Source: an archaeon (GTDB taxonomy: Archaea > Iainarchaeota > Iainarchaeia > Iainarchaeales > JAAZKV01). Taken from it: a stretch of DNA of 64,000 nucleotides. The stretch is from positions 64,491-128,490 of the forward strand of contig JBAZUY010000001.1 of NCBI GenBank assembly GCA_041661245.1. The letters run 5' to 3'. The position numbers and the translations under genes are program-made. Below, piece by piece: positions 30,920 through 40,130 of the stretch; the first letter of the stretch is position 1; each line of letters starts with the position of its first letter. Below the pieces are notes generated by a model that did not search any database, was not told the DNA's origin, and saw only the letters and a program-made list of their open reading frames with translations.

Positions 30920-30958
30920 AGTAACAGAAGAATTTTGAGAGTAAATGGTGAATCAAAT

Positions 30959-31249
30959 ATGAGTGCAGAAAAAGATTTGATTGAAAAAGTAGAAAAATAC
31001 GAAAAACTCACTGCAAGAGGATTAAAAGAAATTAAAATGAAAAAAAACTTGCCTGAAAAAGACAAACTTATCGCAGAAGATTTCTTACAAATGGCAAAAA
31101 ACTATTATAATGATGCTTTGTTTTTTAAAGAAAAAGGAAACTTACTAACATCGCTCGCAGCATTCTCTTACGCACACGCTTGGCTTGACGCAGGAGTACG
31201 AGCAAGAGTATTTGATGCTACTGACGACCAGTTGTTCACGCTGCCCTAA
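30959..31249 (+). CDS. DUF357 domain protein
   Basis: AEDFLQMAKNYYNDALFFKEKGNLLTSLAAFSYAHAWLDAGVRARVFD. Confidence 0.6.
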   Translation: MSAEKDLIEKVEKYEKLTARGLKEIKMKKNLPEKDKLIAEDFLQMAKNYYNDALFFKEKGNLLTSLAAFSYAHAWLDAGVRARVFDATDDQLFTLP

Positions 31250-31280
31250 ATAATCTTCAATAAATAAAACCAAGTACTAA

Positions 31281-31751
31281 TTAGTTTTTTGAGACCAATT
31301 CTTCAGGACTAAAAACAATTCCCTTATAAAAAAGCGCCCTAAATGCCGCAGAAACAACAAAATTAAGTTTTTTGCCTTTTGGAAATTCATAAGCTTCCCC
31401 ATCCTCTTTAATCATTCTTAGATTTTTTGAGACAAGACTAAAAAGAGCTTCCGAATTTTTTGGTTTTTCTTTAAGTGCAGCAACAATTGCCTGCGCAAGA
31501 ATAATTGGTTGAGTAGTATTAGCTCCTTTGCTAACCTTTCTAGTACGCAACTCGGCAAGATAAATTTCTAATGCTTGCGAAGAAGAGGGTTTAAGAAAAT
31601 AAGAATGTAAAGGCAAATAATTTGCTCGTAAAGGAATTCCTGCTATACGAAGAGCATTTTCTCGCCCAAAAGCCTTACTTACTGCAGGAGAAAATTTTGC
31701 TTGAGCATATTTTCCTTTTACTCTGGCAGCTACCCCTAAACCCATATACAA
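31281..31751 (-). CDS. Hypothetical protein, paralog of 29552-30067
   Basis: See the paralog entry at 29552-30067; no recognised domain. Confidence 0.45.
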   Translation of the reverse strand: MYMGLGVAARVKGKYAQAKFSPAVSKAFGRENALRIAGIPLRANYLPLHSYFLKPSSSQALEIYLAELRTRKVSKGANTTQPIILAQAIVAALKEKPKNSEALFSLVSKNLRMIKEDGEAYEFPKGKKLNFVVSAAFRALFYKGIVFSPEELVSKN

Positions 31752-31886
31752 ATCAATCCCATTAGTTAACTAAAAGAAGCGCCTAGCTTATATTAATAAT
31801 TACCACTTATCCAAAGTAAATCTTTCACTTAACACAAACTAAAACCCCCCAGCAAGTTTTAAATAGCAGAACTTTCTTTATTTGTC

Positions 31887-32435
31887 ATGTCATTATACGG
31901 ACCAAAAATTAGACTTCCAAAAGTAGATATCCCAATCGCTTCAGGCGGAGGGGCATCTTGGAACCTTGAGAAAGAAAAAAAGATTGCAATTTATGCAATT
32001 ATTGCAATCGTAGTTATTGCAATACTTTGGCTAGCAGTACCAGTTATATTCACATTTCTTACAAGCGGACTTGATTCAATGCTTAACCCCGCAGTAACTA
32101 TTAATTGGAGAAATAATCCACTAAATATCACAAATGGGGTAAGAGAGGCTGAACTTGATTTGACTTTAACAAATACCTCCAAAGAAGAACAAACTGAGGT
32201 TAGTTTTAATATTACTACAAACTCAAACGAAATAATAATTTTCTGCCCAAATTCATTATATGATACAAACAAAGGGAGATATGTTCTTGAAAATATTGCA
32301 CCAGGAGATAAACGAAAGATCCCTTGTATTATTAGAAGAAATCCTGATGCTAGTGTATTTAGTGGAAGTTATACTCTTGATGTAATAACTAGTTTAGGGA
32401 ATGTTAAAACTAATTTAGAAATCATTTCAAAATAA
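31887..32435 (+). CDS. N-terminally anchored extracellular protein
   Basis: A single TM helix (IAIYAIIAIVVIAILWLAVPVIFTFL), then a beta-rich domain. Confidence 0.45.
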   Translation: MSLYGPKIRLPKVDIPIASGGGASWNLEKEKKIAIYAIIAIVVIAILWLAVPVIFTFLTSGLDSMLNPAVTINWRNNPLNITNGVREAELDLTLTNTSKEEQTEVSFNITTNSNEIIIFCPNSLYDTNKGRYVLENIAPGDKRKIPCIIRRNPDASVFSGSYTLDVITSLGNVKTNLEIISK

Positions 32436-32482
32436 AAAACATTCGCAAAGTAGATTTAGTTAAAAACAAACAAAGAAAAATT

Positions 32483-33466
32483 CTATTTCTTTGACTTTTT
32501 CTTAACTGGTTTTGCAAGTTCTTTTCCATTCGTTTCCAAATGATGAAGTTTCTTAAGTTCACTCCAAGATCTATAAAAGAAATAACCCACAATTAAGAAA
32601 GTCATAACTGGAGAGATAATTGAAGGAATCTCAAACCCAAAAGCATCAAGAAGCATAATTGCCCCTAAAAAGAAAATAGAATACATTGCCCCATTCTTCA
32701 AATAAGCATATTTCTTTATGTTCTCAATATTACTAATTGTAATTTCTCTCACCACAAATGCACCAAGCCCATTTCCTAAAATTATTAAAGGCACTGCAAG
32801 AGTAAAAGCAAACGCGCCTAAAACACCATCAATAGAAAAAGTTGCATCAATTATTTCCAAATACATTAGCTTACTAACATCCGACATGAAAGCCCCTTTT
32901 GATTTTACTAAGTTATGCTCATGCTTTTCCACATTTTGCTTAAATCCATGCATTATAAAAAAAGCAGTTGAACCAATTACGGCCGCAAGCGCAAGAGAAG
33001 GATTATATTGAAGAGCAAACCAAACAAGGGACGCAAGCAAAACAGAAACTACTGCATAAAACCAAACCCATTGCGCATGGAAAAACCTTTCATGATGATG
33101 CGCATAATTCTTTGGTTCCATAAACAACCAATGAAAAAATAAGAATACTAAAAAAGTTCCAGCCCCCGCTAATAAAAATGGGGCAGCACTTGCAATAGCT
33201 GAAATAACTTTTGGATCAGAACTAAAAGTTGCTGTCAATGCACCAATTGGACCAAGAGAAGGAACTGTTGCCCAAACAATTAACCAAGGCAATAAACCTC
33301 TAACAACAAAAACAGCAATAATTAAACCCCAAAACAAGAACCACTTTCTTGCCCATTTACTCATTCCCTTCAAAACATCCGCATTAATTATTGCATTATC
33401 AACACTATTAATTGTTTCAAATAAACACAAACCGAAAACAACAAGAATTATTGATACAATATCCAT
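32483..33466 (-). CDS. DUF475/TerC-like integral membrane protein
   Basis: FETINSVDNAIINADVL and EIIDATFSIDGVLGAFA repeat motifs. Confidence 0.65.
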   Translation of the reverse strand: MDIVSIILVVFGLCLFETINSVDNAIINADVLKGMSKWARKWFLFWGLIIAVFVVRGLLPWLIVWATVPSLGPIGALTATFSSDPKVISAIASAAPFLLAGAGTFLVFLFFHWLFMEPKNYAHHHERFFHAQWVWFYAVVSVLLASLVWFALQYNPSLALAAVIGSTAFFIMHGFKQNVEKHEHNLVKSKGAFMSDVSKLMYLEIIDATFSIDGVLGAFAFTLAVPLIILGNGLGAFVVREITISNIENIKKYAYLKNGAMYSIFFLGAIMLLDAFGFEIPSIISPVMTFLIVGYFFYRSWSELKKLHHLETNGKELAKPVKKKSKK

Positions 33467-33521
33467 GAAATATTAAGGCAAAGCAAGATTAAAAAAAGAA
33501 CTGTTCTTCCTTCAACTACAA

Positions 33522-33947
33522 ATGGTTACATCAACTGATTATGACAAATACTTAGCAGCAAAAGCCGCAGCATTAATCAGAGAAAATTTTTCTGACCGAG
33601 GAGTAATCAACCTTCTTGTGGTTAGATGGGGCAAAACTAAATCCAAAAGAGTTTTAGGACACATTAAACCCATGGAGAATGTGGAGTACGGTTCAATCAT
33701 TGAAATAAACCCAATGTTAAAGAGCCTTAATGTGCCCGAATACGTACTTGAGTATGTATTAATGCATGAATTAACGCATTATTTCCAAGGATTTGGTTCC
33801 AATCATCAAAGGAAACACAAACACCCACACAAAGGACACATTGTTGAGAAAGAAATGGCAAGACACGGTTGGGACGAAATAACAATCAAATCAGAGAAAT
33901 GGATTAAAGAAAACTGGAAAAATATAGTAATGATGGAAAAGAACTAA
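33522..33947 (+). CDS. Putative zinc metallohydrolase, DUF45/YgjP- or SprT-like
   Basis: RWGKTKSKRVLGHI...IEINPML...EYVLMHELTHY (HExxH). Confidence 0.5.
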   Translation: MVTSTDYDKYLAAKAAALIRENFSDRGVINLLVVRWGKTKSKRVLGHIKPMENVEYGSIIEINPMLKSLNVPEYVLEYVLMHELTHYFQGFGSNHQRKHKHPHKGHIVEKEMARHGWDEITIKSEKWIKENWKNIVMMEKN

Positions 33948-33980
33948 ATTCCAAAGTTTTAATGAAAAAAGTTACGCTAA

Positions 33981-35783
33981 TTATTTAGCGTGGTACTTTT
34001 TCTCTTCAGCAACTTGCTCTTGCAAGTAATCAATATATTCATTCTTTAAACTCTGAACCGTAGCTAGTTTACCAGATCCAAGGAAAGTATAAATATTTTC
34101 AAGGAAAATATTTGAACCCATTACTGAAGGCATTGCAACAAAATCTACTCCTTTATTGTAAAAATCAAGTGCATTTGAGTAATAATGCGCAATAGAAAAA
34201 ATTGGCAAGTTTGGATAAATTGCTCTTGCTTCCCTCACAATTGCAAGCGCTTCTCGGTGATTTAAAATTGTTATAACCATTAACTTTGCGTCCACTAAAT
34301 CTAATCTCTCCCAAAGCGTTTCATTCTCTGAAGAACCATAAACATAAGGCAAACCATCCCTTTGCCCTTGAGCAACTACTTCAGGATCATGATCAACTAC
34401 AAACACTTGATTATTTTTCATGAGAGCTTTTGCTAAACCTCTGCCAACAGTTCCGCCCCCAATAATAATTATGTGATCTTTCAAAACTCTTTTTGCAGGA
34501 ACATTCTCAAGTTCTTCTAGTTTTCTATTAAAAAATTCTTTTCGCATTGCTTTGGGGAGTTTTTTTACTTTATCATAAAGAAATTGTGAAACTCTGCTTG
34601 AAGAAACCATTAAGTAAGGAGTCATAATCATTGAAAGCGCCACTACAGTTATTATAAATGAAAATAAACTTGGAGAGAAAACTGTTTCATTTGCATTCAT
34701 TGCAAGTACTGCTGCAATACCTGCTAATTCAAAACCAAACTCGGAAATACTTGCTAAACCTAAACCAAGTTTTACACCCATCTTGCTTCCATACCCCATT
34801 AATAAGGAAATACCAAAGAATACTACGGGCTTTATTACAAAAACTAATAATAGAATTGCAATAACTAAAAATGGATTTAGTGCAGAAAAACTAAAGCTTA
34901 ATTGGATTCCAAGAGAAACAAAGAAAATTGTTAAGAAGAAATCACGAAGAGCCCTAATCTTTGAAAATATTTCAAGATTATATGGAAGAGTACTTAATGC
35001 AAGTCCTCCAACAAATGCCCCTATTGCAATTGGAATGCCCAAAAGTTCACTTATTCCAATAAACACAAACGCTGTTGCAATACTTGAAAGTAAGAATAAT
35101 TCTTGTTCCTGAACTGCAACCTTAAACAATCTTGGAAACACAACCTTGTTCATAAAGTACGCGATGAGGATTAAGAAAATACTTTTTCCCACAATAGAAA
35201 TCAATAAAGAAACATTTCCCAAATTTGAAATATTTGCAAGAAGCGGAACAAAGAAAATTACCAAAAAATCTTGCAATAGAAGAATTGAAACCATTAATCT
35301 TCCTTGAAGAGTATTTAACTCCCCTGAATCAGAAAGAAGCTTTACCACAATCATTGTTGAAGAGAATGCAATTATTGTCCCAACAAACAATGCTTGTTCA
35401 AATGAAAGCAAATTTGTCGGAACTGTAAAAAGGAATGTGAAAAAGATTACTAAAAGAACTTGGAGAATAGTTGCAAATACTACTGGTTTTCCAACGTTAA
35501 GCAACCGGTGAATATTTGTTTCAATTCCAATGGAAAATAGTAAAAGTGCTGTTCCAAGAAGAGAAAGAAGTTTAACTTCAGGAGTAATTGCTTTAATCCC
35601 AATCTCAAAAGGACTTCCTAAAAAACTCAAATCCATGCTCCCTAAAACCAAAGGTCCTAATAAAACCCCCGCAACAATATAACCAAACAAAGTCGGTTGT
35701 TTTAATTTTTTTAATAATGCACTAACTATTGTCGCGACAATAATTATTTCCGCAATATGCGTGAACAAGAGAACTGCATCCAA
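33981..35783 (-). CDS. Kef-type cation:proton antiporter (CPA2) with C-terminal TrkA-N/RCK domain
   Basis: About 12 TM helices, then the IIIIGGGTVGRGLAKAL Rossmann motif. Confidence 0.8.
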   Translation of the reverse strand: MDAVLLFTHIAEIIIVATIVSALLKKLKQPTLFGYIVAGVLLGPLVLGSMDLSFLGSPFEIGIKAITPEVKLLSLLGTALLLFSIGIETNIHRLLNVGKPVVFATILQVLLVIFFTFLFTVPTNLLSFEQALFVGTIIAFSSTMIVVKLLSDSGELNTLQGRLMVSILLLQDFLVIFFVPLLANISNLGNVSLLISIVGKSIFLILIAYFMNKVVFPRLFKVAVQEQELFLLSSIATAFVFIGISELLGIPIAIGAFVGGLALSTLPYNLEIFSKIRALRDFFLTIFFVSLGIQLSFSFSALNPFLVIAILLLVFVIKPVVFFGISLLMGYGSKMGVKLGLGLASISEFGFELAGIAAVLAMNANETVFSPSLFSFIITVVALSMIMTPYLMVSSSRVSQFLYDKVKKLPKAMRKEFFNRKLEELENVPAKRVLKDHIIIIGGGTVGRGLAKALMKNNQVFVVDHDPEVVAQGQRDGLPYVYGSSENETLWERLDLVDAKLMVITILNHREALAIVREARAIYPNLPIFSIAHYYSNALDFYNKGVDFVAMPSVMGSNIFLENIYTFLGSGKLATVQSLKNEYIDYLQEQVAEEKKYHAK

Positions 35784-35841
35784 ACAAAATCACTCAAAAA
35801 TACTTACAAAATAAGGGTTTTTTGGTTTAAAAGAATTGCTT

Positions 35842-36507
35842 TCAAGCTGTATTAACTAATTCTTCAAGGAGTTTTAAGTTCACTTCTGAAAAGTCTTTAA
35901 TTATCAAATCAGCAGTTCCCTCAAAATCTTTTGGAGCAGTAAGCTCTGTTAAGAGGGCGATAGATTTCATTTCCGCGCGGTTTGCTGCTTCAATTCCATT
36001 TTTTGCATCCTCAAACACAACACACTCACTTGGTTTTGCACCCACTAACTCTGCCGCTTTAAGAAATAAATCAGGATTGGGTTTATGTAAAGCAACATCC
36101 TCAGCAGTAACTAAAGCATCCAAATATTTGCTAACTTTTATTAAATCAAGAATTCTTTTTGCTCGCTCTTTAGTACTAGACGTCGCAACTGCAATCTTCA
36201 CTCCTTTTTGTTTAGCGCAAGAAATTAAAGAGGTAATAGTTTTATTGGGACGCAATTCATTCTCCATAAGAGAGAGCTCAATTTTAAATGACTTTTTTGA
36301 AAACTCAAGAGGGTCAATTTTTGGCAAACTAAACTCTTTTTCCCACTCTTTAAGCTGGTCACGAAGAGACATACCAACAGATTTTTTTCTCTGCTCAGGA
36401 GTTAAAACAACCCCATATTCTTTTAGAAGCACTCCAAAAGATTTGGTAATAAATGGCGGGGAGTTGACAAGCACCCCATCCATATCAAAAATAATCGCTT
36501 TAAGCAT
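35842..36507 (-). CDS. HAD-superfamily hydrolase (beta-phosphoglucomutase-like subfamily IA)
   Basis: MLKAIIFDMDGVLV, ATSS, FEDAKNGIEAA. Confidence 0.75.
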   Translation of the reverse strand: MLKAIIFDMDGVLVNSPPFITKSFGVLLKEYGVVLTPEQRKKSVGMSLRDQLKEWEKEFSLPKIDPLEFSKKSFKIELSLMENELRPNKTITSLISCAKQKGVKIAVATSSTKERAKRILDLIKVSKYLDALVTAEDVALHKPNPDLFLKAAELVGAKPSECVVFEDAKNGIEAANRAEMKSIALLTELTAPKDFEGTADLIIKDFSEVNLKLLEELVNTA

Positions 36508-36535
36508 TTGATCAACTTCCGTTCACAACTCAATC

Positions 36536-37948
36536 TTACTTCACAACAGCTTTAGCAATCGTTGAACCATCTTTGTTATCCACAAGTTCAATTCCTTTAG
36601 ATTTGAGTATTCCGCGTATCTCATCTGCACGCTTCCAATCTTTGGTCTGTTTTGCAATGCTTCTCTCATCAACTAGCTTTTGTTGTTCTTCAGTTATTTC
36701 AAAAAACTTTTCAGAAAAATCAAGAACTCCCATTACTGAATCTATTTTCTTCAAAAAATCAAGAGCTTCAATTGCACCATTTACTCCAAGCGCACCATCA
36801 TCAATTTGTTTATTAACTTTTTTAGCAAAATCAAAAACATACTTCATTGCTTCAGGAACATTCAAATCATTATCCATTGCTTCAGTGAACGCACTAAGTG
36901 CTTCATCAACAAAAATCTTTACAGAGTCATTTGCTTTTGTTTCTTTGATTGATTTTAATCTCTCAATCAAATTTTGTAATCCATCAAGAGTCTTTTGCGC
37001 GTCTTTTACTGATTCAAAAGTGAAATTTAATTGTTGTCTATAATTTGTATTAAGGAAAGTATACCTAATTGCTTTTGGTTTTAATCCTTTGTTCAATAAA
37101 TCTCTCAAAGTAAAAAAGTTTCCAAGAGACTTGGACATTTTTTGCCCTTCAACCATTAAGTGCGCAGTATGCATCCAATAATTAACAAATTTTTTCCCAC
37201 TCGCGGCTTCACTTTGAGCAATTTCATTTTCATGATGAGGAAATTTATTATCAATTCCACCAGTATGCAAATCAAAATGTTCTCCTAAATACTTCATACT
37301 CATCGCAGAACACTCAATGTGCCAACCTGGACGACCTTTCCCTAAAGAAGTTTCCCAAAATACTGGCCCATCATTTTCATCCCAAGCTTTCCATAAAGCA
37401 AAATCTCCAATTCCTTCTTTTTCATACTCATCTTGTTTAATCCTTGCACCAGCTTTTAGTTGAGTTGGATCAATTCCTGCTAGTTTTCCATAATTTGGAA
37501 ATTTTTTAATTGAATAATAAATACTTCCGTCTTCTCCACGATAAGCAATTCCTTTGTCAAGAAGTTTTTGAACAATTGCAACCATTTCAGAAATGTGCTC
37601 AGTTGCAGGGCAATAAATTTCTGCAGGCAAAATATTAAGTGCTGCAACATCTTCCAAAAATGCTTTTTTGTAAACACTAGTATATTCACTCAAAGCCATT
37701 TTTTTCTCAATGCTTCCTTTAATTGTCTTATCATCAACATCAGTATAATTCATTACTTGTTTTACTTTGTACCCCGAAAATATCAAGTAACGCTTAATCA
37801 AATCTTCCCAAGTATAGCACTTCAAATTCCCAATGTGAATATAATTGTAAATTGTTGGACCGCAAGTGTAAAGTCCTACTGCACCTGGCTTGATTGATTT
37901 AAACTCTTCAAGCTTATTTCCAAATGAATTAAAGAATTTTAATACCAT
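36536..37948 (-). CDS. cysS: Cysteinyl-tRNA synthetase
   Basis: CGPTIYNYIHIGN, GWHIECS, KMSKSLGN. Confidence 0.92.
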   Translation of the reverse strand: MVLKFFNSFGNKLEEFKSIKPGAVGLYTCGPTIYNYIHIGNLKCYTWEDLIKRYLIFSGYKVKQVMNYTDVDDKTIKGSIEKKMALSEYTSVYKKAFLEDVAALNILPAEIYCPATEHISEMVAIVQKLLDKGIAYRGEDGSIYYSIKKFPNYGKLAGIDPTQLKAGARIKQDEYEKEGIGDFALWKAWDENDGPVFWETSLGKGRPGWHIECSAMSMKYLGEHFDLHTGGIDNKFPHHENEIAQSEAASGKKFVNYWMHTAHLMVEGQKMSKSLGNFFTLRDLLNKGLKPKAIRYTFLNTNYRQQLNFTFESVKDAQKTLDGLQNLIERLKSIKETKANDSVKIFVDEALSAFTEAMDNDLNVPEAMKYVFDFAKKVNKQIDDGALGVNGAIEALDFLKKIDSVMGVLDFSEKFFEITEEQQKLVDERSIAKQTKDWKRADEIRGILKSKGIELVDNKDGSTIAKAVVK

Positions 37949-38048
37949 AAAAGCACTACCTAAGAACTAACCAAGAGATTATTTAAAGATAAGTTTTTGG
38001 AAACGAAAACAAAAAATACGAAGAACTAGGCAAAGAATCTAAGAAACC

Positions 38049-38279
38049 TTAATCAGAATCAAAATCTTCTTCATCACTGCCGGAAGATGCTTCTTCTTCC
38101 TCTTCTTCCATTTCGAATTCTTTACTTTCAATAAGTTTCAAAGCGCCCTTTTTGTCGGCAATTACAGTGTACTCTAGGTTACATTCAGAGCAAGCAACTG
38201 CATCTCCTTCTTCAAGGTCATCAATATTAACCTCAAATCTTGCCTTACATTCAGTGCATAATTTCTTCATTGAAGCCAT
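38049..38279 (-). CDS. LysW/ArgW-like zinc-ribbon protein with extended acidic C-terminal tail (76 aa from ATG 38279)
   Basis: MASMKKLCTECKARFEVNIDDLEEGDAVACSECNLEYTVI has the LysW layout: CxxC, then E.GD.V.CxxC, then an E-x-x-V beta strand. The tail is EFEMEEEEEEASSGSDEEDFDSD. The upstream part of the 102-aa track ORF overlaps the TATA box and is probably not coding. Confidence 0.6.
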   Translation of the reverse strand: MASMKKLCTECKARFEVNIDDLEEGDAVACSECNLEYTVIADKKGALKLIESKEFEMEEEEEEASSGSDEEDFDSD

Positions 38280-38301
38280 ACTTATTTTCCACCCATTTTC
38301 C

Positions 38302-38309
38302 TTTATAAA
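38302..38309 (-). promoter_or_regulatory. TATA-box-like element for the LysW-like gene
   Basis: tttataaa is centred about 26 nt upstream of ATG 38279. Confidence 0.35.
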
Positions 38310-38417
38310 CCTTTCCAAAATGGTCAAAAAATGCATTAAAATTAGTTTAAATGGCAAAATAAGAGAACGAGCTTAGTTAGGATAAGGGAAAAAGCTTAAT
38401 TTTGCCCCGTGTGGGTA

Positions 38418-38975
38418 CTAAAGAAGAGAAAGGATTATCCCTAAGGTTAAACCATAGAGAATAGTAAGAATAATCCAATTCAAAGCTAACTTTGATCCAG
38501 TTACTCCAAGTACGACTTTAAGCAGTTTATATGATCCTACAAGCCAAGCCACTGTTAGAATTATTGAGAATAATATGAATAAAACTCCTAAAAACATTAA
38601 GAGCCCAGAACTAACCATTGGACCAAAAAGAGCTGTAAGAGCGAAAACCAAAGCCCCAACTAAATTAATCGCCCATAGCTTTCCAACAACTGACAAACAT
38701 TGAGCATAACTTATTCCAATTAAGCGCTTTTTCTTTCTAACATGAACAAATTCAAAAAACCAAACAAATCCTGAAAAAAGCAACCATTCTGCAAAATTCA
38801 ATAATACAAAGTATATGCTCGTGTAAATATTTGCTGAAATAAAGAAAGAGGCAAGAGCCATTAATATTCCGGAAATCAAAACAATTCCAAACGCCCCCTT
38901 AATATCCTCGTTATGGAAAGCATCCTCAAAAGCTTTTGTTGGACTGAATAAAACACTAGCACACATATTTATCAC
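38418..38975 (-). CDS. Polytopic membrane protein (Yip1-domain-like, tentative)
   Basis: N-terminal LFSPTKAFEDAF, then five TM helices. Confidence 0.4.
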   Translation of the reverse strand: MINMCASVLFSPTKAFEDAFHNEDIKGAFGIVLISGILMALASFFISANIYTSIYFVLLNFAEWLLFSGFVWFFEFVHVRKKKRLIGISYAQCLSVVGKLWAINLVGALVFALTALFGPMVSSGLLMFLGVLFILFSIILTVAWLVGSYKLLKVVLGVTGSKLALNWIILTILYGLTLGIILSLL

Positions 38976-39035
38976 TAAATTATCATTTACTATAAGGCAA
39001 TTACTCCTATTTAAAGCTAATTCTTGCCCACCAAA

Positions 39036-39575
39036 TCATAATTCTTTTTTCATTAAACAGTTATCAACATATTTTTCATTAATTAGAGCTGCTTTTTTCA
39101 ATAACCCGTATTTTGAAAATCCAAGTTTTTTATAAAGCAAAATTGCAGGTTTATTTTTTGAATCAACTGCCAAAAGAACAAGTGTTTTGGACCCAGGTAA
39201 ATTCTTCAAAGTGAATTCCATTAAACCAATTCCAATACGATGACGACGATGAGAAGACTCAACAACAAGCGAAGAAATTTCAGCCCTGTGCTTATGTAAA
39301 CCTTTGCCGAAAACTACTTTGACATGCGCAACAATTCTTCCATTTTCTAGTGCAACAAATCGCTTATCAATTCCCTTAATAGTAGCACTTAATTTTTTTT
39401 GAACAGAAGATTTTTTCCAGTGCGGAAACAGAGCATGCACCTCGGAAATAGTGTTCAAATTTAATTCAGAGAGTTCTCCAAATATAATTCCGTCAAGCGA
39501 AGCTTTTGGGGAATTAATTTCATTTTTGGCACCCGCCAAAGGAAGATTATGCCCCAAAGCCATAATTTTAATCAA
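39036..39575 (-). CDS. GNAT-family N-acetyltransferase
   Basis: ISSLVVESSHRRHRIGIGLMEF (motif A) and LLYKKLGFSKYG. Its start overlaps the stop of the upstream protease gene by 4 nt. Confidence 0.7.
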   Translation of the reverse strand: MIKIMALGHNLPLAGAKNEINSPKASLDGIIFGELSELNLNTISEVHALFPHWKKSSVQKKLSATIKGIDKRFVALENGRIVAHVKVVFGKGLHKHRAEISSLVVESSHRRHRIGIGLMEFTLKNLPGSKTLVLLAVDSKNKPAILLYKKLGFSKYGLLKKAALINEKYVDNCLMKKEL

Positions 39576-40018
39576 CTCCTTTGTTTCTTTGCCAAATCAC
39601 TCTTTAGTTGGAGTCTTACTCGTTCGTTAGCATCTTTTGAGTCCCCAACTTTATTACTAGTATGAGTTTTTGAAACATCAATCAAAAAATTATTGTGAAT
39701 AATATCTCTTCCAATTAAAACTGAATAAGGCAAACCTTCTCTATCTTCAATATTTACTCCAGTTTTAATTTTCTTACCTTTAACAATAATAATTGCTTCA
39801 GCAATTGCTCTTCTTGTATAACCCCGAGGAGAAGAAGCACTCTTTATTTTAACACTTGAAATAATTGGTCCAACCCCTGCTTTAGCAGCGGTACGAACAT
39901 CAATACAAGTTCTTGTAGCACCAGTATCAAAAAGAGCTTTTTTTATTATAACTCCTTTCTTCCCCTTTATTCGAACCAAATCAACTAAACCAATTATTTT
40001 TTTTCCTTTGCTCATCAA
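39572..40018 (-). CDS. DUF785 / RimB-like retropepsin-fold protease (family historically named ATP-dependent zinc protease)
   Basis: ALFDTGATRTCID (DTGA), SASSPRGYTRRAI and EDREGLPYSVLIGRDIIHNNFLIDVS match the family usually encoded next to rimK. Confidence 0.7.
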   Translation of the reverse strand: MMSKGKKIIGLVDLVRIKGKKGVIIKKALFDTGATRTCIDVRTAAKAGVGPIISSVKIKSASSPRGYTRRAIAEAIIIVKGKKIKTGVNIEDREGLPYSVLIGRDIIHNNFLIDVSKTHTSNKVGDSKDANERVRLQLKSDLAKKQRS

Positions 40019-40096
40019 ATCAAATCATACTTATAAGGAAAACCGTATTATTAACCCTTTTGGGAAGGTTTTTACAAAAATCAAAAAGCAAAACCT

Positions 40097-40104
40097 TTTA
40101 TAGG
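40097..40104 (+). promoter_or_regulatory. TATA-box-like element for the plus-strand ATP-grasp operon
   Basis: ttttatag lies 27-34 nt upstream of ATG 40131, inside the 112-nt divergent intergenic region. Confidence 0.35.
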
Positions 40105-40130
40105 AATGGATACACAGTAGCATTTGTTAC

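Noticed and set aside
36077-37043. Plus-strand ORFs of 144 and 156 aa
   Set aside because: Antisense shadows of the HAD hydrolase and CysRS genes, Ser/Phe/Leu-rich as expected from AT-rich antisense frames.
38049-38357. LysW-like gene as part of the alpha-aminoadipate lysine or LysW-dependent arginine pathway; also the full 102-aa ORF as the true gene
   Set aside because: No lysZ/Y/J/K-type genes adjoin it, and a DAP-pathway operon is present in the window. The first 26 codons of the track ORF run across the TATA-like box, so the ATG at 38279 is preferred.
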